Below are positions 7,540 to 17,072 of a stretch of DNA of 64,000 nt, piece after piece (position 1 is the first letter of the stretch; every line of letters begins with the position of its first letter). The stretch covers positions 3,870 through 67,869 of the forward strand of contig JAEYGD010000367.1 of NCBI GenBank assembly GCA_023402505.1. Direction: 5' to 3'. The position numbers and the translations under genes are program-made. This DNA comes from Actinomycetes bacterium (GTDB taxonomy: Bacteria > Actinomycetota > Actinomycetes > Mycobacteriales > Micromonosporaceae). The notes beneath the pieces are model-generated. The model did no database searches. It was not told where the DNA came from and saw nothing but the letters and a program-made list of their open reading frames with translations.

Positions 7540-8462
7540 TGGGTTTCCTGTTCGACCAGATCCTGGACTGGCTGGCGGCGGCGATCCTGGCGACTCTGGA
7601 CGCGCTGTTCGGGGTGATCAGCACCGCGCTGCTGGTCACCCCGAACGTCACCGGCCTGCCGCAGGTGCAGGCCCTGACCGGCCGTTCCGTGCTCGTCGTC
7701 GACACCGTATTCGTCCTGGCGTTCATGGCCGCCGGGGTGCTCACCATGACCGCCGGTGGCAGCGAGAACTCCCGCTACACCGTCAAGGACCTCGTCCCGA
7801 GGCTGGTCGTCGGGTTCGTCGCCGCGCACTTCTCGCAGCTGTGGTGCGGCATGCTCATCGACCTGGCCAACGCGCTGACCGGCGCGCTCACCACCCCCAG
7901 CGGGGACTCCGACGGCGCCTTGCAGGCGATCAGGACCCACATCGACGCGGGGCAGGACAAGACGGCGGCGCTGCTGTTCGTGATCTGCGTGGCGATCATC
8001 GCCGTGCTGCTCGCGGCCACGGCGTTCAGCGTGATCGTCCGCTTCGCGGTCGTGCTCGTCCTGACCGCCGCCGCCCCACTCGCGCTGGCCTGTCACGCGC
8101 TGCCACAGACCGACCCGGTCGCCCGGCTGTGGTGGCGCTCCTACCTCGGCGTCCTGGCGGTGCCGGTGGTGCAGGGCTTCACCCTCTACGCCGGGCAGTG
8201 GATGCTCACCGACCCCCAGCACCTGCTGCCCGTGCTCGGCCTGCCGGCGGAGCCCGGCGGGGTGCTCAACCTGTTCGTCGTCATGGTCATGCTCTGGACC
8301 ACCCTGCGGGTGCCGTCCCTGATGCGCCGCTACGTCGCCGCCGGAGGCACCGGCGGCCGCGGGGTGAACATGCTCGGCGCGGCCGTGCGGGTCATCGTCG
8401 TGCAGCAGGTCGCCCGCTCGATTCCCGGCCTCGGCCGCGGGCTGAGGGCGGTGGGCCGATGA
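7539..8462 (+). CDS. VirB6/TrbL-like polytopic T4SS membrane protein
   Basis: The ATG overlaps the preceding TGA (GTGATGG). There are at least 6 predicted TM helices. Its position follows the pilin gene. Confidence 0.7.
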   Translation: MGFLFDQILDWLAAAILATLDALFGVISTALLVTPNVTGLPQVQALTGRSVLVVDTVFVLAFMAAGVLTMTAGGSENSRYTVKDLVPRLVVGFVAAHFSQLWCGMLIDLANALTGALTTPSGDSDGALQAIRTHIDAGQDKTAALLFVICVAIIAVLLAATAFSVIVRFAVVLVLTAAAPLALACHALPQTDPVARLWWRSYLGVLAVPVVQGFTLYAGQWMLTDPQHLLPVLGLPAEPGGVLNLFVVMVMLWTTLRVPSLMRRYVAAGGTGGRGVNMLGAAVRVIVVQQVARSIPGLGRGLRAVGR

Positions 8463-9421
8463 GCACCCGCACCGACCACACTGACGCGGGTCGGGCGCGG
8501 ATGCCCGCCGATGTCGACGCCCCGGACAAGGTTGTTTACGGGCTGACGTTCCGGCAGTTGGCGATCCTCGCCGCCGCCGCCCTGGCCTTCTACGGCGCGT
8601 GGCGTGTCCTGCATCAGGTGGTGCCGGTGAGCGTGCTCGTCGGCGCCGCCGTGGTGCTCGGCGGCTTGGCCTTCGGGATCGCCGTGGGTCGCCGTGACGG
8701 GCTGCCGCTGGACGTGTGGCTGCTGGCCGCCGTCCGGCACGCGCGGGCGCCTCGCGCGCTGTCGACGACGGACACGACGTCGACGACGCCGGACTGGGTG
8801 CAGACCCCGAAGAGCACGGTGATGCTGCCGGCGCCGCTGCGGCTGCCCGCCGACGCGATCGACGACGGCGGGGAGATCCGCCTCGGCGGTGGGCGGGCGG
8901 CGATGGTCGCCGCGTCGAACGTCAACCTCGCGCTGCGCACCGCGGACGAGCAGGCCGCCCTGACCGACACGTTCGGCCGCTGGCTCAACAGCCTGTCCAC
9001 CCCGACGCAGATCGTGGTGTCGGCGCAGCCGGTGGACCTGCACTCCGCCGCCCGCACCCTCTCCCAGGCCATGCAGGACCTTCCGCACCCGGCGCTGGCG
9101 GACGCGGCGGGCGACCACGCGCGGTTCCTCGACGACCTCGCGACCCGGCGGGATCCGCTGCGCCGGCAGGTCCTCATCGTCACCCGCACCAGCCCGGGGG
9201 AGCGGGGCGATCACGCCGCGCGGCGGCGCGCCGACGACACCGTCCGCGCGCTGTCCGGCCTCGGCGTCACCACCCGCGCCCTGGACGGGGCGGCGGTGAC
9301 CGCGGCGATCGCCGCCGCCGCCGACCCCTACCGGCCACCCCGGCCCGGCGGGCTCGCCGCTCCGGATGCCGTCATCACCTCACCCGCGCCCCGCCAGCGT
9401 CACCGAAAAGCAAGGAGTTGA
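8459..9421 (+). CDS. PrgI/VirB3-like membrane protein with VirB4-N-like extension
   Basis: ATGA overlap with the upstream gene. YGLTFRQLAILAAAALAFYGAW plus a second TM helix (PrgI/VirB3 hairpin). It lies directly upstream of VirB4. Only the last 320 aa of the 803-aa track ORF are real. Confidence 0.7.
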   Translation: MSTRTDHTDAGRARMPADVDAPDKVVYGLTFRQLAILAAAALAFYGAWRVLHQVVPVSVLVGAAVVLGGLAFGIAVGRRDGLPLDVWLLAAVRHARAPRALSTTDTTSTTPDWVQTPKSTVMLPAPLRLPADAIDDGGEIRLGGGRAAMVAASNVNLALRTADEQAALTDTFGRWLNSLSTPTQIVVSAQPVDLHSAARTLSQAMQDLPHPALADAAGDHARFLDDLATRRDPLRRQVLIVTRTSPGERGDHAARRRADDTVRALSGLGVTTRALDGAAVTAAIAAAADPYRPPRPGGLAAPDAVITSPAPRQRHRKARS

Positions 9422-9426
9422 CAGAC

Positions 9427-11214
9427 ATGAAGCTGCGCCGTCGTCCGCCCGCCGAGCATGACCGTCAACCTCATCGGTTGGCGGCCACCGTCGCCCCGGC
9501 CTCCGTGGAGGTCACCCCGCGATTCCTGCGCGTCGGCGACGGCTACGCCGCCACCCTGGTGGTGACCGGCTACCCGGCCGAGGTCGGCCCGGCCTGGCTC
9601 GAACCCCTGCTGTCCTGGCCGGGCCGGCTCGACCTCGCGTTGCACATCGACCCGCTGCCCGCGCCGGTCGCCGCGGTACGGCTGCGCAACCAGCGCGCCC
9701 GCTTCGAATCCTCGCGGCGGGCCGACGCCGAACGGGGCAAGCTGCCCGACCCGGTGGTGGAGGCGGCGGCCGACGACGCCGCGGACCTGGCCAACCGGCT
9801 CGCCCGCGGCGCGGCGAAGCTGTTCCGCGTTGGCCTGTACCTGACCGTGCACGCCCGCACCGAGGACGAGCTGCTGGAGGCGTGCGCGCAGGTGAAGGCC
9901 GCCGCCGCCTCGACGCTGATCGAGGTGCAGCCGGCCACCTGGCGGCACCTGGCCGGCTGGACCACCACCCTGCCCCTGGCCAGCGATAGCCTGCAGATGC
10001 GCCGCACCATGGACACCGCCGCCCTCGCCGCCGCGTTTCCTCTCGCGTCAGCGGATCTGCCGGCGCCGCTGCCCGGCGACCCACCCGCCGAGGGCGGGGT
10101 GCTCTACGGGGTCAACCCGGACTCGCAGGGCATCGTGTGGTGGGACCGCTGGGCCCAGGAGAACCACAACTCCGTCGTCCTCGCCAGAAGCGGCGCCGGC
10201 AAGTCCTACTTCGTCAAGCTGGAGATCCTGCGCAACCTCTACCAGCAGGTGCAGGTCGCCGTCATCGACCCTGAAGACGAATACCTGCGCCTGGCGGATG
10301 CGGTCGGCGGCAGCGTGGTGCGTCTCGGCGTGGCCGGGGTGAAGGTCAACCCCCTCGACCTGCCCAGCGGCGACACCCGACCCGACGTCCTCACCCGCCG
10401 CGGCCTGTTCCTGCACACCCTCGTCGCGGTGCTGCTCGGCCAGCAGCCGCCCCCCGCGGAGCGGGCAGCGCTGGACCGGGCGATCCTCGCCGCCTACCGC
10501 GAGGCCGGGATCACCGCCGACCCGGCCACCCACCACCGGAGCGCCCCGCTGCTGCGCGACCTCGAAGCCTGCCTGCACGCCGACGACGACCCCGCCGCGC
10601 GGCAGCTCGCCGCCCGCCTCGCCCCCTGGGTGCACGGCTCGTTCTCGCACCTGTTCGACGGCCCGACCACCACCCGCCCCGACGGGCACCTGGTCGTGTG
10701 GTCGCTGCGGCACCTGCCCGACGAACTGCGCACCGTCGGCACTCTCCTCGCGCTCGACGCGATCTGGCGCACGGTCGACGCCCCGCAACGTCCGGTGCAG
10801 CGGCGGCTGGTCGTGGTCGACGAGGCGTGGCTGCTGATGCGCGACGGCGAGGGCGCGCGGTTCCTGTTCCGCATGTCGAAGGCGGCACGCAAGCGCAACG
10901 CCGGACTGACCGTGGTCACCCAGGACGCCGCCGACGTGCTGGGCACCGATCTCGGCCAGGCCGTGGTGTCCAACGCCTCCACGCAGGTGCTGCTGCGGCA
11001 GGCGCCGCAGGCCATCGACGCCGTCGGCGAGGCGTTCGGGCTCACCGACGGCGAGCGGCGGCTGCTGCTGTCGGCCCGCCGCGGCCACGGTTTGTTGATC
11101 TCCGGGGTGAGCAGGACCAGTTTCGAGTCGATCTCCTCGGACGCGGAGCACGCGCTGTGTACCACGAACCCGGCCGAGCTGGCCGACCTCGACGAGGAAG
11201 AGGACGACCTGTGA
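9427..11214 (+). CDS. VirB4/TrbE-family T4SS ATPase
   Basis: Walker A LARSGAGKSYF, Walker B LVVVDEAWLL, and TVVTQDAADV. Confidence 0.85.
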   Translation: MKLRRRPPAEHDRQPHRLAATVAPASVEVTPRFLRVGDGYAATLVVTGYPAEVGPAWLEPLLSWPGRLDLALHIDPLPAPVAAVRLRNQRARFESSRRADAERGKLPDPVVEAAADDAADLANRLARGAAKLFRVGLYLTVHARTEDELLEACAQVKAAAASTLIEVQPATWRHLAGWTTTLPLASDSLQMRRTMDTAALAAAFPLASADLPAPLPGDPPAEGGVLYGVNPDSQGIVWWDRWAQENHNSVVLARSGAGKSYFVKLEILRNLYQQVQVAVIDPEDEYLRLADAVGGSVVRLGVAGVKVNPLDLPSGDTRPDVLTRRGLFLHTLVAVLLGQQPPPAERAALDRAILAAYREAGITADPATHHRSAPLLRDLEACLHADDDPAARQLAARLAPWVHGSFSHLFDGPTTTRPDGHLVVWSLRHLPDELRTVGTLLALDAIWRTVDAPQRPVQRRLVVVDEAWLLMRDGEGARFLFRMSKAARKRNAGLTVVTQDAADVLGTDLGQAVVSNASTQVLLRQAPQAIDAVGEAFGLTDGERRLLLSARRGHGLLISGVSRTSFESISSDAEHALCTTNPAELADLDEEEDDL

Positions 11215-13730
11215 CACCACCGACCGAAGCATTCAGACCGGCAGTCGTGTCGCCGCCACCGGCGCCCAGCTCCACATCCGGGCCGGGCGCCGGTCCCATC
11301 CCGCCTCCCACCGGACCCGGGGATGCTCTGGTCGACGCCGCCGTGTGGGCCACCCAGCGGCCGTGGTTGGCGGCTGTCGCCGCCGGCCTGCTGATGGTGT
11401 GGATCGCAGCCCGCAACCTGGTCGAGACCTGGCGGCACCGCCACCACGCCCACGGCGCGCGGTTGGTCACGATCGCGCCGCCGCCGGAGGTCGACCCGCA
11501 CAGCGCTGGCGCGCTGTGGGCGAACGTGGCCGGCGTGCTGACCCCGTCGCGGCGTCGGCGCCTGCTCTACGGCGCCCCGCACGTCGTGTGGCAGTACACG
11601 TGGTCCGGCCGGCAGCTGCTCATCTCGATCTGGGTGCCCGGCACCGTCCCGCCCGGTGCGGTCGAGGCGGCGGTGCGGGCGGCGTGGCCCGGCTCGGCCA
11701 CCACGACCGACGACAACCCTCCGCCGCCGATACCGTTGGACGCGCGTCCCGCCGCCGGTGGGCACCTGCTGCCGGTGCACGCGGAGTGGCTGCCGCTTGC
11801 CACCGACCACGACACCGACCCGCTGCGCCCGCTGATGTCGGCCGGCTCCCAGCTCAAACCCGGCGAGTACGCGTGCGTGCAGATCCTCGCCCGCCCGGCC
11901 AGCCCGCGGCGGGCGGCACGGGCCCGCCGCGCGGCCGGGCGGCTGCGGGCCGGCAAGACCGCCGTACCGGCGATCAACCCCGCCGCGCCGGTGCTGTGGC
12001 TGCTGGAGGCGTTCCTGCCCGGCAGCGGCGGCACCGGCCGCGCCACAGCCCCAGCCGCCCGTCGGGATCCCACCGTCGAGCGCGACGTCCGGGCGATCCT
12101 GGACAAGACCGCGCACCCGCTGTGGACCACCGGCATCCGGTACGCGGTCGCCACCACCAGCCGGCGGCCCGGCGCCGACCCGCGTGGCCGGCTGCGGGGC
12201 ATCGCCGACACCATCGCCTCGGCCTTCGCCATCCACACCGGCCGCAACCGGCTCACCCACCGGGCCCGGATGCCCGCGCCGGTGGCCGTCCTCGCCGCAC
12301 GCCGGCTCGGCCCGGGGTTCCTCACCTCCGCCCCGGAACTCGCCGCCCTCGCGGCCCTGCCGCGCGACCTCGCCGTGCCCGGCCTCGACCGGGCGCGGGC
12401 CGCGTCCATGCCGGCACCGGTCGCCGTCCCCGGCGGCGGACGCGGAGTGAAGATGCTCGGCGACGCCGAAATCGGCGGGCACAGCGTGGGGCTGTCGGTG
12501 CCCGACGCGAGGTATCACCTGCATGTGATCGGCTCAACCGGGTCCGGCAAGACCACCCTGCTGGTCAACATGGCCCTCGACGACATCAAGGCCGGTCGGG
12601 GCACCGTCGTCATCGACCCGCACGGCGACCTCGTCCTGGACATCCTCGACCGGCTCCCCGCCGACGTCGCCGACCGCGTCGTGCTCTTCGACCCGGACCA
12701 AGACAATCCACCGACGCTGAATCCGCTCGAGGGCGACGACCCCGACCTGGTCGTCGACAACCTCGTGTCGATCTTCGGCAATATCTTCGCCAAGGCGTGG
12801 GGTCCGCGGATGGACGACGTCATGCGGGTGGCCTGCCTGACCCTGCTGCGCCACAACAACGTGACCTTGCAGCACATCCCCCCGCTGCTCAACAGCCCCC
12901 ATTTCCGGTCCGCGATGACTGTGGACCTGGACGACCCGGCCGGGCTGAGCGGCTTCTGGCAGTGGTACGACGGCCTCAACGACAGCCTGCGGTCGCAGGT
13001 CATCGGGCCGGTCCTCGCCCGGCTGCGGGCGTTCCTGCTGCGCGACTTCGTCAAACGCACCATGCGCTACCCCCGCTCGAGCTTCGACATGGGCCGCGTG
13101 CTCGACGGTGGGGTGCTACTCGTCCGCATCCCCAAGGGGGTGCTGGGTGAGGACACCAGCCGGCTGCTCGGCTCCCTCGTCCTCGCGCAGGTGTGGCAGG
13201 CCGCCACCGCCCGCGCCGCGATCGCCCCCGACCGGCGCCGCGACGCGACCCTGATCATCGACGAGGCCCAGAACTTCCTGACCCTGGCCAACTCGCTGGA
13301 CACGATGCTCGCCGAGGCGCGCAAGTACCGGCTCTCCCTCGTGCTCGCCCACCAGGACCTGGCGCAGTTCCCGCGCGACCTGCTCGCCGCGACGTCGGCC
13401 AACGCCCGCAACAAGATCTACTTCACGGTGGCGCCGGAGGACGCGAAGCAGCTCGCCCGGCACACCCTGCCCGAACTGGGCGAGCACGACCTCGCCCACC
13501 TCGACGCGTACACCGCCGCCGCACGTCTGGTCGTCAACGGCCGCCAGACCCCGGCGTTCACCATGCGGACCCGGCCGCCGAAGCCGGTCGTCGGCGAGGC
13601 GACCGCCATCCGCCAGGCCGCCGCCGCGGCGGTACCATGCCAGGACACCAGCGCCGTCGACGAACTCGTCGAACGGCTCAGCCGCAAGCCCGAACAACGG
13701 CGGTCCCGTCCGAAGAGCGACCGGACCTGA
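11211..13730 (+). CDS. VirD4/TraG/TraD-type type IV coupling protein
   Basis: GTGA overlap start and an N-terminal TM helix. Walker A GSTGSGKTTLL, Walker B TLIIDEAQNF, and LSLVLAHQDLAQ. Confidence 0.85.
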   Translation: MTPPTEAFRPAVVSPPPAPSSTSGPGAGPIPPPTGPGDALVDAAVWATQRPWLAAVAAGLLMVWIAARNLVETWRHRHHAHGARLVTIAPPPEVDPHSAGALWANVAGVLTPSRRRRLLYGAPHVVWQYTWSGRQLLISIWVPGTVPPGAVEAAVRAAWPGSATTTDDNPPPPIPLDARPAAGGHLLPVHAEWLPLATDHDTDPLRPLMSAGSQLKPGEYACVQILARPASPRRAARARRAAGRLRAGKTAVPAINPAAPVLWLLEAFLPGSGGTGRATAPAARRDPTVERDVRAILDKTAHPLWTTGIRYAVATTSRRPGADPRGRLRGIADTIASAFAIHTGRNRLTHRARMPAPVAVLAARRLGPGFLTSAPELAALAALPRDLAVPGLDRARAASMPAPVAVPGGGRGVKMLGDAEIGGHSVGLSVPDARYHLHVIGSTGSGKTTLLVNMALDDIKAGRGTVVIDPHGDLVLDILDRLPADVADRVVLFDPDQDNPPTLNPLEGDDPDLVVDNLVSIFGNIFAKAWGPRMDDVMRVACLTLLRHNNVTLQHIPPLLNSPHFRSAMTVDLDDPAGLSGFWQWYDGLNDSLRSQVIGPVLARLRAFLLRDFVKRTMRYPRSSFDMGRVLDGGVLLVRIPKGVLGEDTSRLLGSLVLAQVWQAATARAAIAPDRRRDATLIIDEAQNFLTLANSLDTMLAEARKYRLSLVLAHQDLAQFPRDLLAATSANARNKIYFTVAPEDAKQLARHTLPELGEHDLAHLDAYTAAARLVVNGRQTPAFTMRTRPPKPVVGEATAIRQAAAAAVPCQDTSAVDELVERLSRKPEQRRSRPKSDRT

Positions 13731-13898
13731 CCTGACCGTCTCTGCCAGTCCGGTGGCGTCGCCCGGGTCGCGCACCGGCTCGGCACCGGGATCGCGACCG
13801 GTGACCGCCGGACACCGGCGGCACAGTGCTGACCTGGGCTGTCAGTGCCGCACACGCCCCTGACAGACCCTCCGCACCGACCTCTGCGTCTCCAGACA

Positions 13899-13918
13899 CC
13901 CCTCCCGATCGGGAGGGG
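13899..13918. promoter_or_regulatory. 20-bp perfect palindrome CCCCTCCCGATCGGGAGGGG
   Basis: Read directly from the sequence. It lies 28 bp upstream of the GTG of the replication-relaxation gene. Confidence 0.6.
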
Positions 13919-13945
13919 AAACTCATCCTGCATGGAGCAAACGTC

Positions 13946-14821
13946 GTGTACTCCCGTGTCCCGCCCGCCTCCGGCAAACCGGATCCACTCGCGGTCTTCG
14001 GCCGCATCGTCCCCCGCGACCACGCCCTGCTCAGGCTGCTCGCCGAGCACTACCTGCTGTCCACCGACCAGATCACCAGCGCCTTCTTCGACAGCCGTCG
14101 CACCGCCCAGCGGCGGCTGACGATCCTGCACCGCCTCGACGTGCTGCACCGCTTCGGCCGCAGCGGCGCCCACGGCCGGTACGGGTCCCTGCTCTACACC
14201 CTCGGCCCCGTCGGACTGCAACTGCACCCGACCGCCTACCACGACCCGGCCGGCCTCGGCGGCAAGCCGCCGCGCAGTTCCCTGGAGCGGGCCAAGCGGA
14301 TCGCCGCCAGCGGCCAGGTCAACCACCTGCTCGGGGTCAACCAGTTCTTCACCGACCTGATCGCCACCGCCCGCCGCGCCGGCAGCGGGCGCCTGTCCCG
14401 CTGGTGGTCCGAACAGCACGCCACCACCGTCTACGCCCAGGCGGGCATCCGCCCCGACGGGCACGGCGTGTGGACCGTCGGCGACACCTCGACCGGCTTC
14501 TTCCTCGAGCACGACAACGACACCGAGAACCTCGCCCGGGTCGTGGCCAAGCTGCGCGGCTACGAGCGCCTCACCACCTTCGGCCCCCGCTACCCCGTCC
14601 TGTTCTGGGTGCCGAGCCGGCGCCGCGAGGCCAGCCTGCTCGGCGTGCTCGCCGGGCTGCGCACCGCCAGCCCGATCGCCACCGCCGTGCACGGCCCGGA
14701 CCCGGCCGGTCGGGTGTGGACCCTTGTCTCGGACCCCACCCACCGGCGGCACCTGCACGAGCTGCCCTCCGACCACGGACCCGACACGGTCACCAACCCG
14801 CAGCGCTTCGACGACCTGTGA
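13946..14821 (+). CDS. replication-relaxation family protein (putative relaxase/mobilisation protein)
   Basis: LLRLLAEHYLLSTDQITSAFF ... RTAQRRLTILHRLDVLHRF ... PDGHGVW ... FFLEHDNDTE, which are typical replication-relaxation motifs. GTG start with a GGAG sequence 8 nt upstream. Confidence 0.75.
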   Translation: MYSRVPPASGKPDPLAVFGRIVPRDHALLRLLAEHYLLSTDQITSAFFDSRRTAQRRLTILHRLDVLHRFGRSGAHGRYGSLLYTLGPVGLQLHPTAYHDPAGLGGKPPRSSLERAKRIAASGQVNHLLGVNQFFTDLIATARRAGSGRLSRWWSEQHATTVYAQAGIRPDGHGVWTVGDTSTGFFLEHDNDTENLARVVAKLRGYERLTTFGPRYPVLFWVPSRRREASLLGVLAGLRTASPIATAVHGPDPAGRVWTLVSDPTHRRHLHELPSDHGPDTVTNPQRFDDL

Positions 14822-15307
14822 GACTCACACCGCAGGTCAGCGGCGCTGAACAGGCCAGCCTGGGCACCTGTGCGCCGGCCGACTACCGTCCGCGTCTGTC
14901 ACCAAGCAAGATCATTTGTGAGAGTCGGGACGTCGCACAGCGTCGGCGCCGACAACGGCCCACAGCGGGCCGGAATGTCTCACAGCGCAGGTCAACCCCA
15001 CTTTTCGGCGATCAACTCACCGGACCGGCCTGACAGAACAGGCCGCTACCGTTCACGGCACTACCACACCTCACATAGCGCTCCACCCGGTTCGGTCCCA
15101 TCCCAGGGATCATCGCCGCACCACCCGGTGCGCCACGCCCACCCGCTTCGGCCGGTCGGCACGCGCCCGGCGCGGCGACCCCTCAGGGTCGCACCAACCA
15201 CCCGCACCACCCCTTTCCCTTCCGCTCTGACCCGACCCATGCACCCGGTGGGCCGGTCAGTTCCGCGCGCCCGCGCACCCCCTCACCCACGAAGGAGGAC
15301 CTCGCCT

Positions 15308-16132
15308 ATGTCCGCTGTCAACGGCACCCCGCTGACCCGCCACGGCAGCCGCGTGCCCGCCATCCCGGCACGACCGGCCCCAGCGAAGGCCCGCCCGGCG
15401 CCCGCGCCCCGGCCGGCCGCCACCCGGGCCACCACGGCCGGCGTGCGGCCGACCGTCACGCCGGCCCCGACCGTCGAGACGATGGTCATCTGCCTGCCCG
15501 ACGGGCTGCCCGCCGAGGCGCTCACCAGCCACCAGCTCGACACCCACTTCGGTGTCACCGGCACCCTCACGCCCCTGTTCTGGGCGGTGCCGCAGCTGCG
15601 GCTGTGGCAGCGCCAGCAGATGATCGGCCTGCGCAAGGGCCGGCCCGCTCCGTGCGCGGGCGGACCGGTGCGGCTTCTCGACCTGGCTGGGATGCGTCAT
15701 GCCGCCGCGGTCGGCGCCGGCATCCGCTACCAGATGTGGCAGCGGGTCGTGCACGGCACCCCACCGGCCATCCCGTGGCCGGTGTTCGAAACCCGCCACA
15801 TCACCGACCCGGACCGCTACCCCCTCGACACCGCGATCGCGGACTTCCACGCCCAACCCCGCGTCCACGCCATGCGCCTGCACGCCGCCGCCACCCCCGG
15901 CTCCGGCCAGCCCGGTGTCGGGGAGCTGGAGATGTACCAGGCAGGCCAGGTCGCCTACCAGCACTACCGCGCCGCCAGCGCCGTCGTCGGCGACGCGATG
16001 CTCACCGCCGACGGCCGAAAGCTCGCCCCGGCCAGCGACTCCCTCGCCGCCCGCATCAGCTACCTCGAGCAGGCCCTGGCCCACCTCGACACCGTCGGCC
16101 CGGGCCAGCGGCTGCTCGCCGTCGCTCTCTAA
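15308..16132 (+). CDS. hypothetical protein
   Basis: Strong RBS GAAGGAGG upstream of the ATG at 15308. The composition looks protein-like after a P/A-rich N-terminus. Confidence 0.6.
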   Translation: MSAVNGTPLTRHGSRVPAIPARPAPAKARPAPAPRPAATRATTAGVRPTVTPAPTVETMVICLPDGLPAEALTSHQLDTHFGVTGTLTPLFWAVPQLRLWQRQQMIGLRKGRPAPCAGGPVRLLDLAGMRHAAAVGAGIRYQMWQRVVHGTPPAIPWPVFETRHITDPDRYPLDTAIADFHAQPRVHAMRLHAAATPGSGQPGVGELEMYQAGQVAYQHYRAASAVVGDAMLTADGRKLAPASDSLAARISYLEQALAHLDTVGPGQRLLAVAL

Positions 16133-16242
16133 CCCCCAACCCCCCGCCTCCCCAGTGCGAGGCACCCGCAGCCGCTCCTTCGCGGATCGGCTGTGGACGC
16201 CCCGTGCCCACCTGCCCTGAACACCGTCACGGAAGGAGCATC

Positions 16243-16659
16243 ATGTCCCGCTACCTGTACTTCGACCTGCAGGCTGTCGCCGCCCAGGCGCGGCACGCCG
16301 TCCTTGCCGACCGGAACCTGCCCACCCGCTGCGGCGGCGTCGGCGAGAACCGGTCGGCCGAGCCGGCGCTGCGGCTCTACCGCCACTGCGGTCGGCCCCG
16401 GCTCGCCGGCAACGGATGCCACCGCGCCTACGAACCGCTGCCCCCGTCGGTCGAAGCGGACAACGACCTGACCACCCCCGCCGTCCGGCTGCCGCACATC
16501 GATGACCCCCAGGGCTTGCCGCTGCTCGACAGCGCCGGACCGTCGCTGATGGACCTGCTCACGCATGGTCTGAGCGACGGCGCGCAATGGGTGATGGTCG
16601 ACCCGAACACCCTCACCGTCGGAGTCGGCCGGCGCCGCCGGCGCCGGGCTCCACGCTGA
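16243..16659 (+). CDS. hypothetical protein
   Basis: RBS GGAAGGAG lies 5 nt upstream of the ATG at 16243. Confidence 0.55.
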   Translation: MSRYLYFDLQAVAAQARHAVLADRNLPTRCGGVGENRSAEPALRLYRHCGRPRLAGNGCHRAYEPLPPSVEADNDLTTPAVRLPHIDDPQGLPLLDSAGPSLMDLLTHGLSDGAQWVMVDPNTLTVGVGRRRRRRAPR

Positions 16660-17072
16660 CCCGCACCACACCCCCGGGTGGGCCGGTCTGTCGCACCCGC
16701 GACCAGCCGGCCCACCTGAGGCCGCGCCACGAAACCACCGCTGGCGCCGTCACTGACCACGCCGCAGGCACCAGGAGCGTGCTTCCCACAGGCTGTGCTC
16801 GACACAGCGTTGATGACCGGCGCGTCCCATCGGCGGCAGTCACCTCCACACCGGGTTCTTTCCCGAGTTGAGTGCCCACCACCATCGCGGCCCTCGTCCA
16901 GCCACAGCCCGCCTCGCTCGGCTGCGTCACACCAGCCCGCCCACCACCGCGAGGGGACTTCTCGCCCGAACGCCAGGTGCCCCGGGCGTGGGGCGCCTCA
17001 TCCCACCTGGCCTGAGACAGGCCGCCCTGTTCCTCTTCCCGTCTCTCCCCTTCCAAGGAGGTCCGGTTCACC

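Noticed and set aside
7010-8458. The N-terminal 483 aa of the 803-aa track ORF 7010-9421. The N-terminal parts of 1707-3260, 8716-11214, 10698-13730 and 22584-24668 are similar cases.
   Set aside because: These upstream extensions are R/P-rich and overlap well-supported genes in other frames. Internal starts with ATGA/GTGA coupling or good RBSs give proteins that begin at recognisable N-termini.
10494-12524. 676-aa minus-strand ORF antisense to the VirB4 and coupling-protein genes. Similar long antisense or off-frame ORFs occur at 35531-37339, 47539-49608, 13418-14776, 37580-38818, 21910-23151 and 23433-24758.
   Set aside because: They are extremely R/P/G/A-rich and low-complexity, with no motifs. 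They lie opposite or out of frame to ORFs with clear catalytic motifs. This is the typical stop-codon-poor shadow frame of DNA with about 70% GC.
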